Below the pieces are notes generated by a model. It was given only the letters and a program-made list of their open reading frames with translations, did no database searches and was not told the origin of the DNA. This document shows positions 38,262-49,738 of a stretch of 64,000 bases of DNA, piece after piece; positions within the stretch are counted from its first letter, which is position 1; each line of letters opens with the position of its first letter. Both the position numbers and the translations under genes were made by a program. The DNA is from Rhizophagus irregularis (Eukaryota): positions 2,170,001 through 2,234,000 of the forward strand of contig NC_089429.1 of assembly GCF_026210795.1 (NCBI RefSeq), written 5' to 3'.

Positions 38262-39467
38262 ATGGATTATAAGTTGTATGAGACCCTTAATCGCCTACCC
38301 GGCTTATTCGCCATCGCAGCAACCATGATTTTTGGGATCATTATAATTTTCACATTCATTGTACGAATTTTTCAATTTCCTCACCTCCGTCAAAAGTATT
38401 GGCAGTATAACAATACTCAAAGCATTCCCACAAGGATACTCAAGACGACCGTTTTCTTGCTCTTGGCTGCCGGTTTGTTAGGAGTCATCTCATACAATGT
38501 TTACAAAATGAAAAATGATCCACCAAAGTTATTGGTGACGGTAGAAAGGAGCAAAGAACCTCCATCTATGCTTGTTTGCAAATCCGATGATATGACATTT
38601 ATTACGGTCAGATATTATGACAGTTTTAATTCTTTTGTTAATAATCCTAAGCAAAACCTTGATTTAAGCGGTGATTTTAAACTTTTTCAAAGAGAAAGTG
38701 ATAGTAGTTGCACTTTCTTTAATAGTACATCGTCCTTAATGACAATAGATAATCCTGGAGGATTCTATCTCCTTGGTTTTACGAAAATATTAAAAAAGGT
38801 CTTAAATGGTATGAGTGGCAATGCCAGCATAATTAGTATTTACATTGGTGACACCAACAATGAGATGGACTGGAGCTTACCTATGCCTCAAGGGAACAAA
38901 TTTAGTGATGTAGGGTTTCTACTTGCCAGTAGTAGTGGTATTTTCCAATATACAGAAACTTGGCATAAAGCTTTAAATGGAATAAATGGAATTACCTATC
39001 GAGGTTTCCAAATCAACTCTATAGGAAATTTTGAATTTGAGGGAGTTTCTGTAGATGATAACTCTATGCAGCCAACAATATGGATTGGACTCATCGCACC
39101 GACAACCGTAATAACACAGGTTGAAAAGCCACCCCTCACACTAGCTGACCTTTTAAGTAATGTCGGTGGTTACCTTTCCGTCTGGGCAATTTTCGGCTTT
39201 CTCTTTGGTGTTAGAAAGGCAAACCCGTTCGGGTTTGTGTCGGGCTTTATATTCATAAATCAGGATAGGGAGAAACTTCGTAAGGAATTAGATAGAATGA
39301 AAAATGAAAGGAGTTCAAAATTAAGTAACTTGGAAAAAGGGGAAGAAGATAATACTACCGAAACGGATGGTCTCTCCAATCAATCTGCTGAGCTAAGAAA
39401 TCTGCTTGCAAAATACTATGTCGATATGGATTTCTACGAACATGCGGTTAAGACACCTGACGTATAA
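38262..39467 (+). CDS. Intronless membrane protein (401 aa from ATG 38262) with DEG/ENaC-like architecture
   Basis: Two N-terminal hydrophobic helices, PPSMLVC, a ~220-aa loop, then EKPPLTLADLLSNVGGYLSVWAIFGFLFG and a charged tail. Confidence 0.8.
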   Translation: MDYKLYETLNRLPGLFAIAATMIFGIIIIFTFIVRIFQFPHLRQKYWQYNNTQSIPTRILKTTVFLLLAAGLLGVISYNVYKMKNDPPKLLVTVERSKEPPSMLVCKSDDMTFITVRYYDSFNSFVNNPKQNLDLSGDFKLFQRESDSSCTFFNSTSSLMTIDNPGGFYLLGFTKILKKVLNGMSGNASIISIYIGDTNNEMDWSLPMPQGNKFSDVGFLLASSSGIFQYTETWHKALNGINGITYRGFQINSIGNFEFEGVSVDDNSMQPTIWIGLIAPTTVITQVEKPPLTLADLLSNVGGYLSVWAIFGFLFGVRKANPFGFVSGFIFINQDREKLRKELDRMKNERSSKLSNLEKGEEDNTTETDGLSNQSAELRNLLAKYYVDMDFYEHAVKTPDV

Positions 39468-40689
39468 TTATAATAAAATATACATAAAGTATCATAGATA
39501 AATTTTATCTTTTGGGAAGTGCATAGAATAATTTATTGCAACACCATTTTTTTATAAAATTCTTTTTTTGTAATATCATATGTATTTATTAAAATAAAAT
39601 GTATATATTATGGAATGATCATATTATTAAACTAAACTAAATAATGTGACACGCCCACTGTCGCCCGCCGTTTTTATCTATTGTAATTTTATTTTTCATA
39701 TTTTCGTTTGATTACTATATTCCATATAGACAAATTTAACGTCATGTGTCATCGCACGTGGTTTGTATTGTTATCACCCTATGCTTAATGTGAATTGGTT
39801 GTAATTCGTCTACAATGAGGAAATAATTAACAAGCACAAAAAAATTACTCTATCAAATTTTTCTCGAAATAAAAATTTGTACAAAAAGACTATTTAGAAA
39901 CTATGCAAAACTACTGTTTTCCCTGAAGGACATTTATAATGAAAACCCCAATGGGCGTACACTGGTAAATTCGTCCCACGGACGACTTGTCTAGGGGTTA
40001 ATTTATTTAGCTTACATAATTATGATCATCTGCCTTAATTGTAAAATAAGTCTATAAATTCTAACTAAAATAATGCAATAAAAAAATAAACTAGACAATA
40101 AAATTTAATGTAATCAAAAAACTATCTAATAAAACAATATAATAAAAACACAATAAAATAAAAAACTAACTAATTCTATATATAAATTAATGAGGTAATT
40201 TAATACAAAATGATCAACCAGTTACTGCGACTTCGAACTTTTGGTAATCTTGCTGCGACAATAATATCAACTAGGCTATTACTATTTATATCATAATTTC
40301 GATATAAATATATCTATATAAAATAAGGATTTAATATTTTTTTCGCATATGCGATATATCCCCTTCGATCTTCGCCAAATTTTCTAATTATTTTTTTTTT
40401 TTTTTTGATTTTTTCATTTTTGACACAAGCCTTTATGTACCTATTGTAACACAATTTTACTTAGTATATCAAAAAGGGTTTAGAATACTGTTTTTGACTT
40501 TTATAAATAATAAATTTTTGAAAACAGCAAATTGTGTGATAAATTATGTGACAAGTTCCTATAATCAAAATTCGTATACTATACAGTAATTGTTGCGCCA
40601 TCATAAAAAATCATTTGCGATTAACAAAAAACGAAAGGTTTGGATGCATCATAGCAGCCATAATAATGTGCGGTCGTTTCAATAAGGAA

Positions 40690-41530
40690 TATAACTGTAT
40701 ATTCTATAATATAAGGTAAAATATCTTCATCTTTCTCTCGAATTATATTTCTAATAAATAATCTTTTAATAAAATTATTTTGAGAATTTTCTAAAAATAT
40801 CTTCAAATCATTTGTTTAATATCAAGACATAATTATAAATATTTTAATTTAGAAGGAAGAATTTGTCCTAAATTATTTAATATTATTGTACAAATCTCTC
40901 TATAACTAAATAGAATAATCATAAAAATTATATTCAATAATAAGTTTTGTTTAATATTTTCAATTTATAGATTAAATGCTAGATTAATACTAATATTATC
41001 GTTATCAGGTTCACCTAAACCATTTTCGTACATTGATTTTAACAAATAATTTTTTTGCACTGGTGTATAATTTTTGCATATCCAAATCCAAAATTTTCTA
41101 AATCATTACCAAATTTTTGTAATAATATAAATCGTAATTGGTTCAACTTGTAATATATCACCCGTGATCAAAATTTTCAATCTAAATGGCTTGGTAACAT
41201 CAATAATTTGTTGAACAATTTCAGAATTTAGAGAATCGCAATAAATAATATGAATAGATTCTAAAACACTCAATTGAGAATATTTCTTGAAAATTGGTAA
41301 TTATAATATTAAAATCAGTTGAATAGAATGTAATTATTTTCAATATAATATTGTAATTTTTTAATGAAGAAAATAAATTGTATAAAAAGGTATTGCATTC
41401 AAACGAAAGTTTTTTGAGATTCTGTTGTGAAATAGTCATTTGTGATGAGCATTTTCCAATTAAGGAGAAATTATCCGCTTTAAATTCAAAAATTCTAAAA
41501 TAAAATGATGAGATTGAATTACAATTAGAA
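40690..41530 (-). pseudogene. 3' half of an F-box/LRR-like pseudogene (unit 1 of the tandem triplication)
   Basis: Highly similar at nucleotide level to 43990-44850 but with multiple frameshifts; the 5' half is replaced by unrelated sequence from ~41535. Confidence 0.85.
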
Positions 41531-41534
41531 TATG

Positions 41535-41946
41535 AAATCATCGCGAAAATTTTTAAGAAACCTTTTAAAAATAAAGGAAACAAAAAAATAATAGTTTTCG
41601 CGATTTCTCAGTTTTTTTTTTCATTTTGTAAAATTATTATTAAACATTATTATTATTATTATAAAAAAAAACTTATTAATAACATTAAAAATTTTATTTG
41701 TATTTTATATTCTATTAGATAAAATAATGACACATCTGATCTCACGTGATGTGATATTGCAGAACTTTTTTGGGTGTTACTGGAGTAGCCCTCCAGTAGC
41801 TATACTAATTTTCGCTTCAGGTTCCCATTAGAATGATTGCAAATCATTAAAATCAAAAAATTCTAGATGTTGAACAATCGGACCCGGTTCACTAGCCAGA
41901 ATCGATGGAAGTAGAGGCGAAAATTTAGCCCTCCGGAGTAGTTCTC
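41535..41946. mobile_element. Truncated TIR element ending ...gtagttctc, abutting the broken F-box gene
   Basis: Inverted aattttcgc/gcgaaaatt and repeated agccctcc motifs; GAGAAC terminus resembles those of the MULE-like elements ending at 24791 and 43506. Confidence 0.4.
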
Positions 41947-42009
41947 ATTTTGTGAAACTAAGTTGATGTCAATCACTGCACGTGATATATTAATTAGACT
42001 AGTCCGTTC

Positions 42010-42122
42010 TAGTGTTCAGAAATGAGGTCATTTGAAAGTATTTGCCTAATAATTTGTCATTATTCATAATCATTTGTCATTTGAATCATTTCAGTGACAT
42101 TTCAAGTCATTTGCCAACGTTA
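42010..42122. mobile_element. Tiny inverted deletion derivative of the 57342 hAT family
   Basis: tagtgttcagaaatga and catttcaagtcatttgccaa match the reverse complements of the two ends of 57342-58196. Confidence 0.65.
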
Positions 42123-42730
42123 TGTTAGTAGAATTTCCAAACATCGTCTATTTAAAATGATTCATTAATATAAAGAATTGTGGTAAGCTAGTTAACTTTA
42201 TTTAGAAATAATTGCTTTAATTTTAATAACTAAGGTTGGTAAAAAAAATTTTGTGGTACAATGTTCTCTTTAAGTATATAATATAGTATGTATATAGATA
42301 GAACACCATGATAATCTATTAATTTTTTACTTGTATAAACTCAACATTTCAAAATAATTTTAATATTCAAGTGACTAACCTGTTATCATATATGATGGAA
42401 AAAATTTGCCTTCTTTTTTTGTGACATTTCCAAGTACTAGCCTGGATTAACAAATAATCATTTCATCTATTTTTTGGTTAATAACCTTAAATCTGAGAAT
42501 AAATGATGATTACTTTAGCTTGAAAATAATAAATTGCAGTTTGATTATACCTGCAACAGCCAATCAAAAAATATTTTTTGTTTATAAATATATAATATAG
42601 TGTTTTGAGTTTTGACTTAACTATTCAATTTACAAAAATATCAAACCATATAATTCTGATAATAAACTCTTTTTAAACCCAAATTTCTCAAATTTTATAA
42701 AAAACATTGTGAATTTAAAATTAATTTTAA

Positions 42731-43506
42731 GGGTATTGCTAAATCTCACCTAGGGATGGCAACGGTCACGGTCATTAACTGGTTATGACCGGTCATGACC
42801 GTGACTGATATCGGTCGGTCAAAGACCTCTGACCGACCGTTTGACCGACCGGTCTGACCGACCGGTTAACCGACCGTTTGACTGACCGTTTGACCGATCC
42901 TGAAAACGTTTGCGAAACGTAATTTAATAAAAAAAATGTTTCGCAAACATTTTTTTAATTATTTTAATAGAAAACGTTGCGAAAACATTTTTTATTAAGT
43001 ATTTCAATTAAATTACGTTTCGCAAACGTTTTCAGGATCGGTTAACCGGTCGGTTAGACCGGTTGGTCAACGGTCGGTCGGTCGGTCAAAGGTTCTTGAC
43101 CAGTTATGACCGACCGATGACCGACCATGACCGACCGTTGCCATCCCTAATCTCACCACTAGTTATGATTGTCACTTAATTCCGGCCAAAAATTACAATT
43201 TGGCCAGAGTTATAAAATGCCGGTTTATAATTTTGGCCATCAGAGTTAAAAAAATACTGATCGCAAAATTTTAACTTAAATAATAAATATGCTAACAAAT
43301 ATTGATTTGATATTAACCATAACGAAATTTAAAAATTTTTTGTTATGGTAAAGTGAAATTATCTGAAAAACAGGCTTTTTGACCTCTTCTTGTAAATTTA
43401 CATATGGATAACTGTTTAATATGTGTAGTTGATTATTTAAAATTAATCTAAAAAAATTGGACTAATGAAAATCACCAGTGGTGATAACCACCACTGGTGC
43501 ATTCTC
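42731..43506. mobile_element. MULE-like insertion carrying a nested hAT MITE
   Basis: Flanked by taattttaa/taatttaa; the paralogous empty site aaattaattttaattagtat is at ~46110-46129; ends gggtattgc / gcattctc share caccact subrepeats. Confidence 0.65.
42751..43149. mobile_element. hAT-like MITE, 399 bp
   Basis: Perfect 17-bp TIR tagggatggcaacggtc; perfect 8-bp TSD atctcacc; gaccg subterminal repeats; largely palindromic body. Confidence 0.95.
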
Positions 43507-43806
43507 TAATTTAATTAGTATATAAATAATATGTTGTCTTCTTTAAAATTATATATTTAGCTAAAATAAAATGAATAATAAAAAATTCTAACTTTAACTT
43601 TTTAATTAATATTTTTGATTTATTTACTTCCAATTCAACAAGATTTCCAGTTATAAACTCACAATATGAAAAGTTATTCATGTACTTAAAAAAAAGATTT
43701 AGTGAACAAGGACACTTAGCAATTTCAAAAAATCAAACTTTTATTGAATCATGCTATTAATATACGAATCAAATATCCAAAAATACATTATAAAGTAAAA
43801 AATGTA

Positions 43807-45475
43807 CTAAAAATCATTATCAATTTTATAGTAATATCTAAAATTTTCTACAAGATCATAAGAATTATAATAACTTTCAATTTTAATATTATGTAATTTA
43901 AATTCATTTACCTCATCTTTTAAAGAAATCAAATCTTGATAACCATAAATAGCTAAATACTTAACCCTTTTCTTTTTCATAATATATTCTTTTATATAAG
44001 GCAAAATATCTTCACCTTTCTCTTTACAAACATTTCTAATAAATAATCTTCTAATAAAAGTATTTTGAGAATTTTCTAAAAATATCTTTAAATTGCTTGG
44101 TTCAATATCAAAACATAATTTTAAAAATTCTAATTCAGAAGGAAGAACTTGTCCTAAATTATTTAATATTGTTGAACAAAGATCTCTATAACTAACAGAA
44201 TAACGAAAATTTTTATATTCAATAATAAAATAATTAAGACTTTGTTTAATATTTTCAATTAAGTTAAATACTAGATTAATACTTATATCATCGGTTTTAT
44301 CTATATCAAAATATTTAATTTTCGTACAATATTTTACAATTGATTTTAACAATTGATTTTTTTGTTCTGGTGTATAACTTTCATAATATCCAAATTTAAA
44401 ATTTTCTAAATCACTACCAAACTTTTGTAATAATAATTGTAATGATTCTACTTGTAATGTATCTTGATCCATGATCAAAGTTTTCAATCTAAATGGCTTG
44501 GTAACATTAATAATTTGTTGAGCAATTTCAGAATTTAGAGAATCGCAATAAATAATATGAATAGATTCTAAAACATTCAATTGATTGAATATTTCTTGAA
44601 AATTGGTAATTATAATTTTAAAATCAATTGAATAGAATGTAATTATTTTCAAGGTATTTGAAATATTGGAATTTTTTAATAAAGAAAATGAATTGTAGAA
44701 GAAGTTGTTGCATTCAAATAAAATTTTTTTGAGATTCTGTTGTGTAAAAATCATTTGTGATAAACATTTTCCAATTAAGGTGCGATTATTATCCACATCA
44801 AATTCAAAAATTTTATAAGAAAATGATGAGATTGAATTACAATTAGAATGTAAAAATTTGAGAAAAGGAAAGGTCTTTTTAGGAAGCTTGATACATCTAG
44901 CAGATATATTTATCATTAAATTTCTAACATTGCAAATAAAATTTGGATTTTGCAAAGCAAATTCCATAGTATCATTAAAGTAACTATAATTATTTTTAGA
45001 AGTCACTTTAATTTCAAAAGAATCTAAACTTCCTTCATTTTCAATAAACATTTTAAGTAATAATCTATAAACTACTTTTTCCGCCTCCTGACAGTTATCA
45101 TAATTTTCAGCCATTAAAGTTCTTGAGAGCCAAATTTCAATAGAAGAACTAACTTTATGTGTATTTAAACGTTTAATAAAACTAGGATAATTGAATAATG
45201 TACTCGAAAGTAACAAATTATTATTAATTCCATATTCATTTAATTTCGCTTTATCATCTTCATTTAAATAATGTAAGTAAATTTCAAAATATTGAAAATT
45301 TTGGACGTGGTTAAATGAAAATGGATCTTCCCATAATAATGAAATCGCCGAACGACACCATAATCTGTTGACTAAAGTACATGAATGCAATGTTGAAATA
45401 TCATCCCCTAAAATAGTGTAAAATTTCATTTATTAATTCAGGAAAATATCCTGAAAATAATTTTGAGCATGCCAT
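43807..45475 (-). pseudogene. F-box/LRR-like gene with a single +1 frameshift inside the F-box; downstream 540-aa ORF intact (unit 2 of the triplication)
   Basis: ATG at 45475 gives MACSKLFSGYFPELINEILHYFRG*; TAT TTT AGG G GAT GAT has one extra G relative to the paralog (AGG AAT GAT); total length 1669 = 3n+1. Confidence 0.75.
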
Positions 45476-46196
45476 GTTAGCGAAGAAAAATGGAAGTAAA
45501 TAAATCCTTTTTTTCGGAGTAGGTTAACTCCCATTTTTATACAATTTGTTGACTATTTATAGTTAGTTGATCAAAGTACAAATGTGAAACCAAACCGCAA
45601 CTCATGACTAAGTTGATGTCGACCATGAGACGGATAAACTACAATGAAATTAGATTTTCCAAAATTGTCTATATAAAATCTATAAAAAAAGTTCCACTCC
45701 GATAAATGATCATTTTTCTGGTTTTTATTCCGCCGAAACTCAGACACGTGATCATTTTTCTAAAAAATTTTTTATATTTAACATAAAGATTTGCGGTCTT
45801 TATTTTGAAATAGTTTTAAATGTACAACAAATCATAATAACCAATAAATTCGTAAAATTATTTTTTTTTGGGTAAGAAAAAAAAATAACCCTTTAACATT
45901 AACCTTAAATCTGATTAGATTGAAAATAAAGAAAATCAAATGATAATTATTTTATTATTACTTTTAGTTTAGAAAATGATAAGTCACAGTTTGATTATAT
46001 CTGTAATTAAAAGGTATTTTTATGTAATATGTAATAATAATGATTAATTATGAAATATTAAACCATATCAATCAACTATCAAAATTTTTGTTTAGAAAGT
46101 ATAAATTTAAAATTAATTTTAATTAGTATGCGACACTTTCTATAATATATGTTTTAACTAAGATAAAATGAATAGTAAAAAAAATTTCAACTTTGG

Positions 46197-46360
46197 CTCT
46201 ATAAAAAAAGAACGTCATCGAAAATGTCCATAAAATTCCAATATTCCGGAGATATTATGAATTTCCGGAAAATGTCCAGCAAATGTCTAGGAGAGGCGTG
46301 GTATCCAGAAAGTGTCCGGAATATTGCAATTTTTCAGACATTTTTCATTTTCCAGATATC
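46197..46360. mobile_element. Degraded copy of the 21473 MITE family
   Basis: ctataaaaaaagaa..., tttccggaaaatgtccag.aaatgtctaggag and tccagaaagtgtccggaatattgcaatttt are shared with 21473-21737. Confidence 0.75.
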
Positions 46361-46589
46361 TTTAATAATGTGGCCTTTTAATTAATATTTTTATTTATTT
46401 ATTTCCAAGAACCTAATCCAACAAGATTTCCAGTTACAAAATTCATGATATGATCATAGGAAAGTTCTTCATGTGCTTAAAAAAAATGATTTTTTAGGCA
46501 AGGACACTTTTTCAATTTTAAAAATCAAAACTTTTATTGAATCATACATAACAAAGTAAAAAATGGATAAATTACATGAATACGATATT

Positions 46590-46670
46590 GGAAAATCTTC
46601 GAAAATACTGTATTATCTCATTTGTTTAATTTAGGTAAGTCTTCTGAAAACAGTTTCATGCATGTTATGC
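46590..46670 (-). pseudogene. F-box N-terminus micro-relic
   Basis: Reverse strand reads TCMKLFSEDLPKL/NEIIQYFRRF. Confidence 0.6.
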
Positions 46671-46692
46671 TATTAAGGAAAGAGGTGACAAT

Positions 46693-47233
46693 AGGACCCC
46701 GAGCAATATATATATAGGTAACAAGAAAGGTCAAAATTTTTATAATAGCTCTACGCAAGGTTTTTATTAAGATAAATAAGCAAACTCAACATGTGACTTC
46801 ACAAATTGCCCAAAAATAAGCAATCTAACCATATGACTTTATAATATTATATTTTACAAAAATTATTTGATCAAATTTTCTCGCATTTATGATTTACAAT
46901 TTCACTTTTTTCAATAGTAATATCATCTTAGCTAAAATATCCATCTTAGTAATTTTTTTCATCTCCTATTAACTTTTGCATATTAGCATAATACCATCGC
47001 TTATATAGTTAAATGTTATACAATGCATTATTAAATAATACTAAATTTACTCAATAAATAAGCAATTATAATATATGACTTTTCAAAAATTCTGTGAAAA
47101 TAAGCAAATGAAAAATATGACATTGGCAAAAAATATCATTAATTTTACGCAAATCTAACCTCTAACTGTGGCTAAAATAGCATGTGACTAAGCAAACGAT
47201 ATTGTTACCTATACATATATTGCTCGGGGTCCT
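46693..47233. mobile_element. Non-autonomous TIR element with an 8-bp TSD, superfamily uncertain
   Basis: ~30-bp TIR aggaccccgagcaatatatatataggtaacaa / ttgttacctatacatatattgctcggggtcct; perfect TSD gtgacaat; aaataagcaa repeats. Confidence 0.9.
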
Positions 47234-47359
47234 GTGACAATCAATGTAAGGTTTTATAGTCAATCAATTATATAATGATAGTTATCATGTCACAGATTAA
47301 TTTACTTGTACTCATATATATAAACTATAGTTAAAAATTGTTTTATTTTATTCAACTTA

Positions 47360-48958
47360 TTACAAATAACTGTTTACAATATCATAAGTTTGAATAAAAA
47401 AATCTTCATATCTTTGAATTATAATATCATATAATTTAAATTCATTTACTTCACCCTTCAAATCAATCAAATCTTGATAAATATTATAAATAGCTAAATA
47501 TTTAACCCTTTTCTTTTTCATAATAAATTCTTTTATACAAGATAAAATATCTTCATTTATATCATAATACATATTTCTAATAAATAATCTATTTATAAAA
47601 GTATTTTTAGAATTTTCTAAAAATATTTTCAAATCATTTTGACCAATTTTAAGACCTAATCTTAAAAATTCTAATTTAGAGGGAAGAATTTGTCCTAAAT
47701 TTTGTAATACAATTGAACAAATTGTATTATAATTTAAAGAATGTACAAAAAAATCAATTTCAATACTAAGATAATTAAGATTTTGTTTAATATTTTCAAT
47801 TAAACTAAGTGTTAGATTAATATTATTTTGTATCAATTCTTTATTACTAAAATCATAATCACAGCTATTAAATCCAAAATTTTCTAAATCATTACCAAAT
47901 CTTTGTAATAATAATTGTAATGATTCAACTTGTAATATTTCACTTATGATTAAAGTTTTCAATTTAAATGGTATGATAACACTAACCATTTGTTGAACAA
48001 ATTGAGAATTTAAAGATTTACAATAAATAATATGAATAGATTCTAAAACATTAAATTGGTTAAATATTTCTTTAAAATTAGAAATTATAATATTAAAATC
48101 AATTGAATAGAATGTAATTATTTTCAAAGTATTTGAAATATTGGAATTTTTTAATAAAGAAAATGAATTATAGAAGAAGTCGTTACATTCAAATGAAATT
48201 TTTTTGAGATTCTGTTGTGTAATAATCATTTGTGATAAACAGTTTCCAATTGAAGAGAAATTACCTGCTTCAAATTTAAAAATTCCAAAATAAAATGATG
48301 TGATTGAATTACAATTAGAATGTAAAAATTTGAGAAAAGGAAGGATATTTGTAGAAGGGAAGAGATTTCTACAACCGTACATAATAAATATATAAAATAT
48401 TAAATTTCTAATATTGCAAGTAAAATTTGGATTTTGTAAAGTTAATTCCATAGTATCATTAAAATATTTATAATCACTAATTGTATGCATTTTAACTTCA
48501 AAAGAATATAAACTTCCTTCGTTTTCAATAAACATTTTAAATAATAATCTATATACTAATTTTGCCGCCTTCCTACGTTTATCATAATTATTATCCATTA
48601 AAGTTGAGAGCCAATTTTCAATGGAATGACCAACTTTATGTGTATTTAAACGTTTAATAAAACTAGGATAATTGAATAATGTACTCGAAAGTAGTAACAA
48701 ATTATTATTAATTCCATATTCATTTAATTTTGCTTTATCATCTTCATTTAAATTACGTAAGTAAATTTCAACAAATCGAAAATTTTGGACGTGAATTAAT
48801 GAAAATGGATCTTCCCATAATAATGAAATCGCTGAACGACACCATAATCTGTTGACTAAAATACATGAATGCAATGTTGAAATATCATTCCTAAAATACT
48901 GTATAATTTCATCTATTAATTCAGGTAAATATCCTGAAAATAATTTCGAGCATGCCAT
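47360..48958 (-). CDS. Intronless F-box/LRR-like protein, 532 aa (unit 3 of the triplication)
   Basis: MACSKLFSGYLPELIDEIIQYF..LHSCILVNRLWCR; close paralog of 43807-45475; lacks the LLKSIVKYCTKIKYF segment found in the paralogs. Confidence 0.9.
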   Translation of the reverse strand: MACSKLFSGYLPELIDEIIQYFRNDISTLHSCILVNRLWCRSAISLLWEDPFSLIHVQNFRFVEIYLRNLNEDDKAKLNEYGINNNLLLLSSTLFNYPSFIKRLNTHKVGHSIENWLSTLMDNNYDKRRKAAKLVYRLLFKMFIENEGSLYSFEVKMHTISDYKYFNDTMELTLQNPNFTCNIRNLIFYIFIMYGCRNLFPSTNILPFLKFLHSNCNSITSFYFGIFKFEAGNFSSIGNCLSQMIITQQNLKKISFECNDFFYNSFSLLKNSNISNTLKIITFYSIDFNIIISNFKEIFNQFNVLESIHIIYCKSLNSQFVQQMVSVIIPFKLKTLIISEILQVESLQLLLQRFGNDLENFGFNSCDYDFSNKELIQNNINLTLSLIENIKQNLNYLSIEIDFFVHSLNYNTICSIVLQNLGQILPSKLEFLRLGLKIGQNDLKIFLENSKNTFINRLFIRNMYYDINEDILSCIKEFIMKKKRVKYLAIYNIYQDLIDLKGEVNEFKLYDIIIQRYEDFFIQTYDIVNSYL

Positions 48959-49665
48959 GTTAGTGAAGAAGGAGTGGGAAAGAGTTTATTTTTAATTACG
49001 TCAAAAAGGGTAAATAAATCCTTTTTTCGGAGTAGGTGGCTGATTATTTATAGTTGATCAATTATACAAATGTGAAACCAAACCGCAGTTTTATTACACT
49101 CTTTTGTGGAACTGAATTGATGTCGATCATGCGACAGATAAGTATTCTAAATTTACCGATGGAATTCAATATACTAGGCCGTTAATAGAATTTTTCAAAA
49201 ATCGTCTGTATGAAGAAATTAATATAAATTATTAACATAAAGAATTATAATAAACTAGCTAACTTTAATACAGCAATCATTATAATCGATAAATTTATGG
49301 TTAATTTGGATTAACAAATAAACATTTCCATCGTTTTTTATTATATAGGAAATTTTTTTTTTTTTTGGTTAGAAAAAAAACAAACCTTTAACCTTATATC
49401 TGATAGATATTGAGTATAATGAAAATCAATTGATGATTTCTTTTTGTTACTTTTAGCTTAAAAAATGGTAAGTCGCAATTTGATTATAACCTGCACAGCC
49501 AATTAAAATATTTTATGTTTTTACTATTGTTTAACCAATTGATTCGTCTGATTCGATGATCACTTTTTTAATTGATCACATGTATTTAATCATGTGATAA
49601 ATCGACAAGCTCGAGAGGTATTTAAAAAAAAAAAAACTTAATATTTTTCAATGGAAAGATTTATT

Positions 49666-49738
49666 CGCCCAACGTGGGGGTCGAACCCACAACCTTGAGA
49701 TTAAGAGTCTCACGCTCTACCGATTGAGCTAGCCGGGC
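49666..49738 (-). tRNA. tRNA-Lys(CTT): tRNA-Lys, anticodon CTT, intronless, 73 nt
   Basis: Reverse complement GCCCGGCTAGCTCAATCGGTAGAGCGTGAGACTCTTAATCTCAAGGTTGTGGGTTCGACCCCCACGTTGGGCG folds as a cloverleaf with A and B boxes; T-run (Pol III terminator-like) ~30 nt downstream. Confidence 0.97.

Noticed and set aside
39971..39995. Hairpin tcgtcc-cac-ggacga followed by ctag, a possible Helitron end
   Set aside because: Short stem, followed by G rather than T, and no 5' end or second copy seen
43473..43510. Perfect 11-bp hairpin followed by CTAA-T, resembling a Helitron 3' end
   Set aside because: The empty-site comparison places it inside the end of a TSD-flanked MULE-like insertion
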